From positions 2,430,001 through 2,462,000 of the forward strand of contig NC_017039.1 of the NCBI RefSeq assembly GCF_000284455.1: a stretch of 32,000 nucleotides of DNA, written 5' to 3'. This DNA is from Synechocystis sp. PCC 6803 substr. PCC-P. Lineage in GTDB: Bacteria; Cyanobacteriota; Cyanobacteriia; Cyanobacteriales; Microcystaceae. This document shows, piece by piece, positions 23,581-32,000 of the stretch. Each line of letters opens with the position of its first letter. Position 1 is the stretch's first letter. Both the position numbers and the translations under genes were made by a program. The notes under the pieces are model-generated. The model had not been told where the DNA came from. It saw only the letters and a program-made list of their open reading frames with translations, and did not search any database.

Positions 23581-24594
23581 CTATTTCAGATCCGCCAACT
23601 GAATACGGGGATCGGTAAATTTCAGCAGTAAGTCCGCCAGAAGATTACCAACGATGAGGAGAGTTGCCCCCATCATTAAACTGCCCATCACTAGATACAG
23701 ATCCTGGGCGGTGACTGCTTGGAGAATTAGACGACCTAAACCGGGCCAATTAAAGAAAAATTCGGCGATAAAAGCGCCACTGAGTAAGCTAGCAAATTCA
23801 AAGCCCAGAATGGTGATCAGAGGGTTGATGGCATTACGGAGGGCATGGACGTAAATGACCCGATTTTCGGGCAAACCCTTAGCCCTGGCAGTTTGAATGT
23901 AGTCCTGGCGCAACACATCAAGCAATTGGCCTCGCATCAACCTTTGTAATCCAGCAAAACTGGTGATGCTCAAAGCGAGGGTAGGTAAAATCATGTGCCA
24001 AGCCACGTCCCAAACCTTATGGGGCCAAGAAAATTCGGCAAAATCAATGCTGGTCATGTCCCCCACCGGCAACAGGGGTGAAACGGATTGGGCAAGAAAT
24101 AATAAAAGTAGGGCAGTGATAAAACTAGGAAATCCTTGGCCGATGTAGCTGATTACCCGCAAACTCCGGTCTATGAATGTGTTTTGCTGTACGGCCCCCA
24201 CAATGCCCAAGGGAATGGCGATCGCCCAGGTGAGAATGATAGATGTTATGGCTAGTAGTAGGGTGGCGGGAATCCGTTCTATTAGTAGGGAAGCAACGGA
24301 ACGGTTATAGACAAAGCTTTCACCAAAATTGAAACGGGTCACCACTTGGGTGAGCCAGCGCCAATATTGCACATACCAAGGTTGATCCAAGCCAAATTGA
24401 ACTTTTAGCTGTTGCAGGGTTTCTGGGGAAATTTTCGGATTTTGCTGGAGGGTGTCGAGATAACTGCCGGGGGCTAGCTGAACAATGGCAAAGCTTAATA
24501 GGGATGCTAGCAATAAGGTAATCAGCCCTTCTATCAACCGCTGGACAACATAGGCAAAGTCGTCATTTTGGAGCCAACGGAGGGGATTGCGCAT
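23581..24594 (-). CDS. Oligopeptide/dipeptide ABC transporter permease (OppB/DppB-like)
   Basis: AIVQLAPGS, LGLDQPWYVQYWRWL, DVLRQDYIQTARAKGLPENRVIYVHALRNAINPLITILGF (EAA-type loop), and FFNWPGLGRLILQAVTAQDLYLVMGSLM. Confidence 0.92.
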   Translation of the reverse strand: MRNPLRWLQNDDFAYVVQRLIEGLITLLLASLLSFAIVQLAPGSYLDTLQQNPKISPETLQQLKVQFGLDQPWYVQYWRWLTQVVTRFNFGESFVYNRSVASLLIERIPATLLLAITSIILTWAIAIPLGIVGAVQQNTFIDRSLRVISYIGQGFPSFITALLLLFLAQSVSPLLPVGDMTSIDFAEFSWPHKVWDVAWHMILPTLALSITSFAGLQRLMRGQLLDVLRQDYIQTARAKGLPENRVIYVHALRNAINPLITILGFEFASLLSGAFIAEFFFNWPGLGRLILQAVTAQDLYLVMGSLMMGATLLIVGNLLADLLLKFTDPRIQLADLK

Positions 24595-24760
24595 GGATTA
24601 CTGAATTAAGAACTGCTGGTTAGATCCTATCTGGGGATTTTTCCTAGTCAATATAGCCTAAGCCTTTTCTTGGTGCAGATGCCGATCGCCAGGGAGCAAT
24701 GGGTCCTCGGAATCCGCTAAGGTTAGGAACGTATTTGTTTGACAGGAACTGAGCCGAACT

Positions 24761-26104
24761 ATGGGAGCTATCCAAGCCATTCGTGGAACCCGTGACATTT
24801 TGCCCCCGGAAACCAACTACTGGCAGTGGGTAGAGGCGATCGCCAAAAGCATTTTAGACCGGGCTTTGTATCAAGAAATTCGCACCCCAATTTTTGAGCA
24901 GACTTCCCTGTTTGAGCGGGGTATTGGGGAAGCCACAGATGTGGTGGGGAAGGAAATGTATAGTTTTACCGACCGGGGTGACCGCCCGATTACCTTGAGG
25001 CCAGAAGGCACAGCTGGGGTGGTGCGGGCCTATATTGAACAGAACTTACAGGCCGCTGGCGGAGTGCAAAGGCTGTGGTACACCGGGCCCATGTTCCGCT
25101 ACGAAAGACCCCAGGCGGGCAGACAACGGCAATTTCATCAATTGGGGGTAGAAGTGTTGGGCAGTGCCGATCCCAGGGCCGATGTGGAAGTTATCGCTTT
25201 GGGCACCGATATTCTCAAAGCCCTTGGTTTGAGTAACCTTTCCCTTGCCCTAAATTCCGTTGGTAACGGCGGCGATCGCCAAAGGTATCGGGAAGCTTTG
25301 ATCGCTTACTTAACTCCTTTTAAAGCTGAACTAGATCCCGACTCCCAAGATAGATTAGAGCGTAATCCCCTGAGAATTTTGGACAGCAAAGCCAAACGAA
25401 CCCAGGAAATTGTCCAGGATGCCCCCAGCATTTTGGATCATCTCGGAGTGGATTCCCAACGGCACTTTGACCAAGTGCAACAATTACTAACGAATTTGGG
25501 CATTGCCTACCAACTCACCCCTACCCTGGTGCGGGGTTTGGATTATTACACCCACACCGCTTTTGAAATTCAATCCAGCGATCTGGGGGCCCAGGCCACC
25601 GTTTGTGGCGGCGGTCGTTACGACGGCTTAGTGGCGGAATTGGGAGGCCCCGTTACCCCGGCCGTGGGTTGGGCCATGGGATTAGAGCGATTAATTATCC
25701 TTTTGCAACAAATGGCTACGCCCCCCGCTCCTAGCCCGGACTTGTACCTGATTTCCAAAGGGGAAAAGGCAGAACCCCAAGCGTTAATTCTGGCTCAAAA
25801 GTTACGCAATCAAGGTTTGGCCGTGGCTTTGGATCTAAGTGCTAGTGCCTTTGGCAAACAATTTAAACGGGCGGATAAATCCGGGGCGATCGCCTGTTTA
25901 GTACTGGGAGATGGGGAAATAGCAACGGGCACAGTACAGCTTAAATGGCTGGCCGATAAAGCCCAGGAAACCTTGCAGTTACAGGATTTAATGGGGAACA
26001 TTACGGAACTCAAACAACGTTTAGCGGGACATAGGGAAAAATACCCCCACCTCACCTCTAACTTTTCTGTGACTTGCCATGACCCCATGGACAATTTGGT
26101 TTAA
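24761..26104 (+). CDS. hisS: Histidyl-tRNA synthetase
   Basis: IRGTRDILPPETNYWQ, SLFERGIGEATDVVGKEMYSFTDRGDRPITLRPEGTAGVVRAYIE, LVRGLDYYTHTAFEI, GGGRYDGL, GWAMGLERLI. Confidence 0.97.
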   Translation: MGAIQAIRGTRDILPPETNYWQWVEAIAKSILDRALYQEIRTPIFEQTSLFERGIGEATDVVGKEMYSFTDRGDRPITLRPEGTAGVVRAYIEQNLQAAGGVQRLWYTGPMFRYERPQAGRQRQFHQLGVEVLGSADPRADVEVIALGTDILKALGLSNLSLALNSVGNGGDRQRYREALIAYLTPFKAELDPDSQDRLERNPLRILDSKAKRTQEIVQDAPSILDHLGVDSQRHFDQVQQLLTNLGIAYQLTPTLVRGLDYYTHTAFEIQSSDLGAQATVCGGGRYDGLVAELGGPVTPAVGWAMGLERLIILLQQMATPPAPSPDLYLISKGEKAEPQALILAQKLRNQGLAVALDLSASAFGKQFKRADKSGAIACLVLGDGEIATGTVQLKWLADKAQETLQLQDLMGNITELKQRLAGHREKYPHLTSNFSVTCHDPMDNLV

Positions 26105-27203
26105 AACCGACGATATCCCCAGTTGGCAACCGCTAGATTCCTGCCGCTCCTTGCCCGTGGGCCATTACCGTCTAGCGGCCCGATTGCCAGTGCCCCACAA
26201 ATATGTGCAATGGCGCTGGAAGTTTTTCTCCGCCACCGGCAAAGTGGAAAACCATGATTTCCAGGGCCGCACTAATCAAGACGGTCTGATTTCTCTGTTG
26301 GATTTGCACACTGTCCAACCGGGAACCTGGCAACTGAGTGCCCAACCAGACTTATTCGATCACCTTTGTGGAGAAACCTGGCAAATTCGTTTTCAATTCC
26401 AAATTGTTACCCCTGCCATCACCACGGTGACAGTACCGAAACTCAATACTGAACCAGAGGAATTGGAGCCGGAAGAAGAACAGAGCGTAACAGATGAGGC
26501 CAATAACTCCATTGTGCCCCATCCAAAGCGTCCTATGGTGGTGCCAGAGCTTGATCCAGAGCCGGTACCGGTACTGCAATGGCACAGAAAGGCAAGGGTG
26601 AAACTGACAGGGAATGGGGAAACGGAACCCGGTAAATCTCTAGAGACCACGGAAGTAACGGAAAACAGAGGGGAAATAATTGAAGAGCAAATTCCAGAAC
26701 CGCTGGCAATTACAGCGCCAACCATTGAAAAAATAGCTGAAGAGAAGGTGGAGGAGCCAATCCTCGAACCCGTGTTGGCGATCGCCGTTAATGTTGAAGC
26801 AGGGGAAGAACAAATAGAAGAAAAAATAAAGGAATCAGTACAGGAAGAAATGCCAGAGGCTTTGGTGGCTAGTGTTTTAGATGTTATTGAAGAAAAAGAG
26901 GAGGTAACGGACGATAAACAGCCAGAAGCCTTGGTAATAGTAGAGTCATCAACTGATACCGATGCCGAAGACAAGTTAGAAAAATCAGAGGGATTTAACC
27001 CTTTCCGTTCCGTCAGTTACTCTGTGGAGCTAATTTATCCAGAACTGGAAAATCCCATCCAAGTTGACATTACGGTGATGGTGGACGAAAATCGCCCGCC
27101 CGTGCATCTGGATTTACCCGATCCCAGCAAAATGGTTAGCCTACTGCACCGTCGTCCCCGTTATCCCAATTCCCCTCTACCGCCTCGGTTGACTAGTGCT
27201 TAG
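26079..27203 (+). CDS. Conserved hypothetical protein with a long Glu/Ile-rich central segment
   Basis: 374-aa ORF starting 26 nt inside the hisS end; N-terminal folded-looking region and C-terminal SYSVELIYPELENPIQVDITVMVDENRPPVHLDLPDPSKMV. Confidence 0.65.
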   Translation: MTPWTIWFKTDDIPSWQPLDSCRSLPVGHYRLAARLPVPHKYVQWRWKFFSATGKVENHDFQGRTNQDGLISLLDLHTVQPGTWQLSAQPDLFDHLCGETWQIRFQFQIVTPAITTVTVPKLNTEPEELEPEEEQSVTDEANNSIVPHPKRPMVVPELDPEPVPVLQWHRKARVKLTGNGETEPGKSLETTEVTENRGEIIEEQIPEPLAITAPTIEKIAEEKVEEPILEPVLAIAVNVEAGEEQIEEKIKESVQEEMPEALVASVLDVIEEKEEVTDDKQPEALVIVESSTDTDAEDKLEKSEGFNPFRSVSYSVELIYPELENPIQVDITVMVDENRPPVHLDLPDPSKMVSLLHRRPRYPNSPLPPRLTSA

Positions 27204-28108
27204 CCGAGTTCCAGACAGGCTAGGCCGTAGATGTTTTCCAAGGGAAGTTGGGGAGGATTGCCTTTATACATCCGCAAATTTAACAGAGTCAGTTCAAAGC
27301 CCCGTTCTTCCAACAGATAAATGGCATCTTGATTCACTTCTGGCACATCAATAAACACTGGCCCCTGGCGATCGCCAAGTAACACGTCCAACAAAGCCCC
27401 GGCTAAAGCAGTACTATCAGCCATCAGGGGGCCCAAACGCCAACCCTGGGGAAAACCATCTTCATCGTCGGGCAATAAACAGGGACGAATGCGGCCGTAA
27501 CCACAACAATCCCCCTGATCATCCAAAATTACCATCACCTTTCCCTCCGGCCGTCCCAACCATTCGTGCAAAAAGAGGGGACGAGGTGTAGCTTCGTGGC
27601 GGGCATCGTAGGCTAACACTTTGGCTTCTGTTAATTGGTCACCGGCCAAAAGTTGATAACCGAGGGGAAAATCCGGGGTAAAACTTGGCCGCACACAGGA
27701 GCGGCGATCGGCAGGGGGTAAACGATAACGACGGGTGTAATAGGCGGGACGAAAGCCCCATTTTTGGTAATCTTCCACCCTGGCTAGGGCTGCTTCCAGA
27801 CCAACGCACTGGACATTTTCCAAATGGGCGATCGCCGTTTGCCAGAGAGCCACCCCAAAACCCCGCCCCCGATATTCTGGTTGAACGAGAAATAAACCAA
27901 TAAAACCGTAATTTTCGTCATAACGAATGCCGGCAATGCAACCCACTGGGCTGCCTTCCCATTCCCCCACCCAAACGCCAGCGTCATCGGTGTCACAAAA
28001 AATCCCTACATCCCCTATGCCCGGACAAAATCCTTCCTGCTGGGCCCAACGGGTCACCAACGGGCGATCGGCAACTGCCATGGGACGAATACGGTAACTC
28101 AAACTCAT
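27200..28108 (-). CDS. GNAT-family N-acetyltransferase with a second C-terminal domain
   Basis: Motif A: GFIGLFLVQPEYRGRGFGVALWQTAIAHL; the C-terminal half FIDVPEVNQDAIYLLEERGFELTLLNLRMYKG resembles an extra GNAT-like domain. Confidence 0.85.
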   Translation of the reverse strand: MSLSYRIRPMAVADRPLVTRWAQQEGFCPGIGDVGIFCDTDDAGVWVGEWEGSPVGCIAGIRYDENYGFIGLFLVQPEYRGRGFGVALWQTAIAHLENVQCVGLEAALARVEDYQKWGFRPAYYTRRYRLPPADRRSCVRPSFTPDFPLGYQLLAGDQLTEAKVLAYDARHEATPRPLFLHEWLGRPEGKVMVILDDQGDCCGYGRIRPCLLPDDEDGFPQGWRLGPLMADSTALAGALLDVLLGDRQGPVFIDVPEVNQDAIYLLEERGFELTLLNLRMYKGNPPQLPLENIYGLACLELG

Positions 28109-28185
28109 CGGTTAATGGTGAAGAGTGCTCTTCACTGTAACGGGATGCCAAGGGAGTAATTTTTAATCTTTCGGGTTCTTGCGTT

Positions 28186-28884
28186 TTAACCTGGCCGGCG
28201 AAAAATAGGACGATAACTAGCTGCATCTTGATAGGTAATGGCGGTCCCTACCCAGCGATCCCAGTCGGCATTAGAACCATAAAGGTAGGCACTCCGCATG
28301 GAGGCAAAGGATGTTTCTAGGTCTGCCAAGTTCGCGGTTTCATAAATGGTGTGGTAGATTACAGGGTCCCGATCAAAGCTGGTATAACGACGGCAAGCGG
28401 CCCAGGTAGGCACATCCGCCATAATTTTAGGTAAATAGCTTTCTTCGTACCAGGCCCGAAATTCCGGTTCCGCCTCCGGTTTAACTTCAACGCTGACTTG
28501 GAAAAAAGGACGATTGCCAAAGATGCCATCCCAAGGACGGCGGGAATGGGCATAGGTTTGTTGGTAAGCTACCCGGCTTAGACCTTGTAATGCATTAACT
28601 TTCCAATGTTGCCATGTAGCGGTTTCCTCTTCCCGCCCTGGGCGAGACAGGGCAGAGTTAATCTGCTCCAAAGAAACATTGGGGGCTAATTCGTAGAACG
28701 TGAGCAAGCGTTTGCTGAACCACTTCAAACTGCCGGCCACTCCATATTCTTCGTAGCGACGGGCGGTAGTGATTTCAGGAACAACTTCTAATAATTTAGG
28801 AATGTAGTGATGGTGGTAAAACTCAGTAAATGCCGCTTCCGCTGCCGGGGCGATCCGTAAACTAATTACGAGAAGATTGACCAT
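28186..28884 (-). CDS. Hypothetical protein with two repeated units, possibly a fused dimeric alpha-beta barrel-type protein
   Basis: 232-aa ORF with internal similarity: FTEFYHHHYIPKLLEVVPEITTARRYEEYG versus FRAWYEESYLPKIMADVPTWAACRRYTSFD. Confidence 0.6.
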   Translation of the reverse strand: MVNLLVISLRIAPAAEAAFTEFYHHHYIPKLLEVVPEITTARRYEEYGVAGSLKWFSKRLLTFYELAPNVSLEQINSALSRPGREEETATWQHWKVNALQGLSRVAYQQTYAHSRRPWDGIFGNRPFFQVSVEVKPEAEPEFRAWYEESYLPKIMADVPTWAACRRYTSFDRDPVIYHTIYETANLADLETSFASMRSAYLYGSNADWDRWVGTAITYQDAASYRPIFRRPG

Positions 28885-29183
28885 GGATGGCTCCGAAGGG
28901 AAATGATAACAGGGTTAAGACCTAACAAAACGGCTACAATTAACCCCTTAAATAGTTGAAGATTGTGGCAAGGTTAAGGAGTAGCTGGACATTTTTCATT
29001 AGGACTCTGCTCTTTTGGCAACTGTTCTAGGATATTGATAAAATCAGCAATGCTCCGGAAACGCCCATAATACGGATATAGGCCACTCTATTTTCTTCCC
29101 GGAGATATTGCAACACCATTTGCCCGATCGCCATCGCCAAGGCGGATTTTTTGTCCAAATTTGGCTAGCCAAAATGGAATAGG

Positions 29184-30005
29184 TCATGGATTAGAAGAAA
29201 AAGAAGATTGGGTTAAGGATTTAATAATGGTGTTACTAGGGCGATCGCCAAGGTTTAATTCAGCCAAAATTAATTGGGCAATGACCTCGCTAAAATAGCT
29301 GGGAAAACGGTGCATTTCTTGGGCATGGTCTAACAAAAAAGTGTGGTAATAACACCCCAGGGATTTTTCCAATTTGATTAAACTATGAAAAAAATCCGGT
29401 AATTCCTTTAAACGGTGAGAATGATTCTGTTGGAGAATATTTAAAAAGTGGCGAAAATGGCTACCTTCATCCTGGACTAAATGTTGTCCCACACGACTCA
29501 ATACTTTGCCAAAAGGTTGATAATATTCCCGTAAATCCCGACGGTAAGAAAACATAGACCCCAATTCGTCAAAGACTAGGGTGCTAACAATGGTGAATTC
29601 ATCTTGTAAAACCCAATCAATTTGTTCCAGACTAGGCGATCGCCGCTGAAAATTGTCATCCATAGCGGCAAAATTTAGCTCAGATAAAAAGCGATAAACT
29701 CGCCGCAGAGCTTGATAATGTTTTTGTTCATCTCCCAGCCATCGGGGTAATAAAGCTAAAAAATCGTCGGATAAATCCTGTTGACGGGAGAGTAAATAGT
29801 TGTATAAAAACTTAGCATCACCTTCGGAATAAACATCTCGACTTAGTAAAAGGCAAAAATCATTCTTTAGATTGTTTTCTACATTATCCAAAATCTTAGT
29901 AGGGATTTGATAGTCGATGGGGATTAGTCTGTCCACATCCCAATTGTTTAAACAATTCCTTTGATTTCCCCTTATTTGACTATGTTTTAAACAAGTAATT
30001 TTCAC
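29184..30005 (-). CDS. Ferritin-like putative diiron protein
   Basis: Carboxylate/His pattern in four-helix order: E (YSEGDAKFLY), EQKH (LGDEQKHYQ), E (LVFDELGSMF), EGSH (VQDEGSHFRHF). Confidence 0.6.
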   Translation of the reverse strand: MKITCLKHSQIRGNQRNCLNNWDVDRLIPIDYQIPTKILDNVENNLKNDFCLLLSRDVYSEGDAKFLYNYLLSRQQDLSDDFLALLPRWLGDEQKHYQALRRVYRFLSELNFAAMDDNFQRRSPSLEQIDWVLQDEFTIVSTLVFDELGSMFSYRRDLREYYQPFGKVLSRVGQHLVQDEGSHFRHFLNILQQNHSHRLKELPDFFHSLIKLEKSLGCYYHTFLLDHAQEMHRFPSYFSEVIAQLILAELNLGDRPSNTIIKSLTQSSFSSNP

Positions 30006-30037
30006 GACTATTCCCCCTATATTTTAGAAATCATAAG

Positions 30038-31381
30038 TTAACTAATAGACAAAAATTCTTCTGCTACAATATGGGGAATAATTAAACAATGACGCCCTGT
30101 AATACGAGCCGTATCTCCCCGCAAAATAATACCAGCGGCAACGTCATCAATAACCCAACTACCAACCATGTAATGGTAGTCAAATGCTTGGGGCAATTCG
30201 ATATATTCCTGGATAATAAAGCCCTCTTCACCATAGCCATAGGTTGGCCGTTTTTCCACTGCCCCAGCCCCTAACTCAATCGAAACACCGATGCCTTCCA
30301 TGCCTAAAAGGGGCTTACGAACGTGTAAACCTTCTAGTAATAGGCGGGTTGCTTCCAGGGAAATATCGCTTTCAAAATAGGTGGGCAGGAGATATTCAGC
30401 ATACTCACTATCTTTAAACTGTTGCCAAATTAAAGCCATGGTTCCTTTATTAGATAAAATTTGCTTCCATAAAGGTTCAATAACTTTTGCATCTCCTACG
30501 GCTAAGCGTTGCGCTAAGGCTTCAGTGCAACCAGCATTGGCCATATCATTTTGCAAATCTGACCAGTCATACATTTTCCACAAAATTGGAATTCTTTCGT
30601 TGGCATGGTCAATGAAATAACCATCTTCATCCAAACCTAATCCTCTCTGCATTAGTTGACCCCGTTCATCTTCTAAGCCCCGTAAATAAACCAATTGGGT
30701 GTAAACATTTTCATCCACTTCATCGTGGAGAATTTGGATTAATTGCATGGCCATTTCACTGTCTTCTTCCAGTTGCTCATCCACCAGAAAAGAAATGCCG
30801 GTGCGGAGTAAATCATATTCTTCATAAATCCTGCGCCATTGCCCAGCTGTTCTTTCCCAATATTCATTAAACTGACTGGCATTGGCTGGTAAGGCATAGG
30901 CCCCTTGATTGTGGTTGCGTTGGTAATCCACTAACCAATTCCATTGGTAAACGGTTTCTGCTCCTAATAGCGGGGTTTCTCCATTAATTTCAATCAATTT
31001 AATCTGACCATCTTCGGTGACTACTAGATCGAAACGGGTAGCTAAACTCAAGTCTTCCACCGGGTCGGTGCGATGCCAACTTTTTTTCAGAGCAGGCCAA
31101 TATTCAGGGCGAATTTTTAACTGGGCTAACCTTGCGTCAACGGCGGAATCATCATCTTCATCGAAAAACCAGTCCAGAAATTCCACACACATTTGCCAAA
31201 GTTTTTCACTCGCAATGGCGATCGCCGTTTCTTCTTGGGGGCTGAATTGGATGGCAAAGGGTTGGGGCAGGGCTTCCACCCAGTATTTTTGAGCTGGATC
31301 ACTGAGCACATCCGCTTGGTAAGCATTGTCCTGGATATGCTGGCGCCAGCGGGGACGACGACTAATTTTTATCGGTTGCAT
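30038..31381 (-). CDS. Glutathionylspermidine synthase family ATP-grasp amide ligase, YgiC/YjfC-like
   Basis: Features KLIEINGETPLLGAETVYQWNWL, GNKGTMALIWQQF, EGIGVSIELG, DYHYMVGSWVIDDVAAGIILRGDTARITG, family-like across 447 aa. Confidence 0.85.
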   Translation of the reverse strand: MQPIKISRRPRWRQHIQDNAYQADVLSDPAQKYWVEALPQPFAIQFSPQEETAIAIASEKLWQMCVEFLDWFFDEDDDSAVDARLAQLKIRPEYWPALKKSWHRTDPVEDLSLATRFDLVVTEDGQIKLIEINGETPLLGAETVYQWNWLVDYQRNHNQGAYALPANASQFNEYWERTAGQWRRIYEEYDLLRTGISFLVDEQLEEDSEMAMQLIQILHDEVDENVYTQLVYLRGLEDERGQLMQRGLGLDEDGYFIDHANERIPILWKMYDWSDLQNDMANAGCTEALAQRLAVGDAKVIEPLWKQILSNKGTMALIWQQFKDSEYAEYLLPTYFESDISLEATRLLLEGLHVRKPLLGMEGIGVSIELGAGAVEKRPTYGYGEEGFIIQEYIELPQAFDYHYMVGSWVIDDVAAGIILRGDTARITGRHCLIIPHIVAEEFLSIS

Positions 31382-32000
31382 TATTTGCCTCCCCGGCCAG
31401 TGCCTTTAAAAGTAGAACCGAAACCCTTATTACTACTGCGGCCAGAAATAGTGCCTTTAGCAGCGGTACCCGATGGCCTAGGGGGAGCGGGGGCAGTGAC
31501 AGCTTTGGAAGTAGAAACTTTGCCTGTGGTGGTGCGGGGCACAGAGATGCCATTGGGGGTAATCAACTGATCCGGGTTTGTCCCCCGATAGACAATGGAT
31601 GGTTGCAATACCCGCTGCTGCACACCGCCGGAATAAATATAGGTGTAATTATTGCCGTAGGGGTAAAAGTAAGCTCCGCCAAAAACCGGACGATAACCGC
31701 TCGTGTGGTAGCCACTGGGGGTAGGCTCACAGATTACCCTATCGGTTTGACAATCGGCTCGACTGCCGTAAACCGGGGCATTCCGTTGATGTTCCGCCTG
31801 GGCCGCTTTCATTTGGGCTTCGCAGTCCTCCGGGCGAATGGGGGGAGGGGTAGGGGCATTGGGTAATTTGCCGGCTTTATGGGCTTCCGCCAAGACTTTA
31901 TACTCATTGGCCTGATTGGCCATATCAGTTTTGCATTCCGCCACACTGGTGTAGTAAAGGGCTTCAATTTTTTCGTTACTTCCCCCACCACTACCCTGAT
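31381..32000 (-). CDS. YgiB-like (DUF1190-like) protein; its 5' end lies beyond the window
   Basis: The minus frame stays open past 31944 (GSGGGSNEKIEALYYTSVAECKTDMANQANEYK). It has EDCEAQM, DCQTDRVICEP, FYPYG and a Gly-rich tail FGSTFKGTGRGGK, resembling E. coli YgiB, and precedes a YgiC-like gene. Confidence 0.7.
   Translation of the reverse strand, partial: QGSGGGSNEKIEALYYTSVAECKTDMANQANEYKVLAEAHKAGKLPNAPTPPPIRPEDCEAQMKAAQAEHQRNAPVYGSRADCQTDRVICEPTPSGYHTSGYRPVFGGAYFYPYGNNYTYIYSGGVQQRVLQPSIVYRGTNPDQLITPNGISVPRTTTGKVSTSKAVTAPAPPRPSGTAAKGTISGRSSNKGFGSTFKGTGRGGK

Noticed and set aside
26352-26974. 193-aa and 77-aa ORFs antisense to the acidic-linker ORF
   Set aside because: The Ser/Thr/Ile-rich translation is the complement of the repetitive E/I/V-rich coding segment and shows no independent domain.
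31809-31991. ORF 31809-31991 on the minus strand (MVGEVTKKLKPF...)
   Set aside because: It is an alternative frame of the YgiB-like gene, whose own frame remains open through this interval with family-like content.

Overview
The window is cyanobacterial chromosomal DNA. Gene content, abundant HIP1 palindromes (GCGATCGC) and an exact-size ISY100 element point to Synechocystis sp. PCC 6803 or a very close relative. From left to right it contains: the 3' end of rnc; hypF preceded by an FAD-dependent oxidoreductase; an ABC-2 permease; a ribonuclease D-like gene; ispH; an intact 871-bp IS5-family element with a TAA target duplication; a MidA-type methyltransferase; and a mobile/decayed island at about 11.2-14.1 kb. 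That island holds a 947-bp ISY100 (IS630/Tc1-mariner type) nested inside an IS4-family transposase gene, next to a frameshifted CPBP-type membrane protease pseudogene. It is followed by a TPR protein, an ABC ATPase, rpsU, and a complete minus-strand rRNA operon (promoter, 16S, tRNA-Ile, 23S, 5S). Further right are an oxidoreductase, a DUF2808-like protein, an OppB-like permease, hisS, a GNAT protein, a duplicated-domain small protein, and a compact three-gene minus-strand cluster. That cluster encodes a YgiB/DUF1190-like protein, a YgiC-like ATP-grasp amide ligase and a ferritin-like putative diiron protein. It is the best candidate for an incompletely described system. No CRISPR array or recognisable defence locus was seen.
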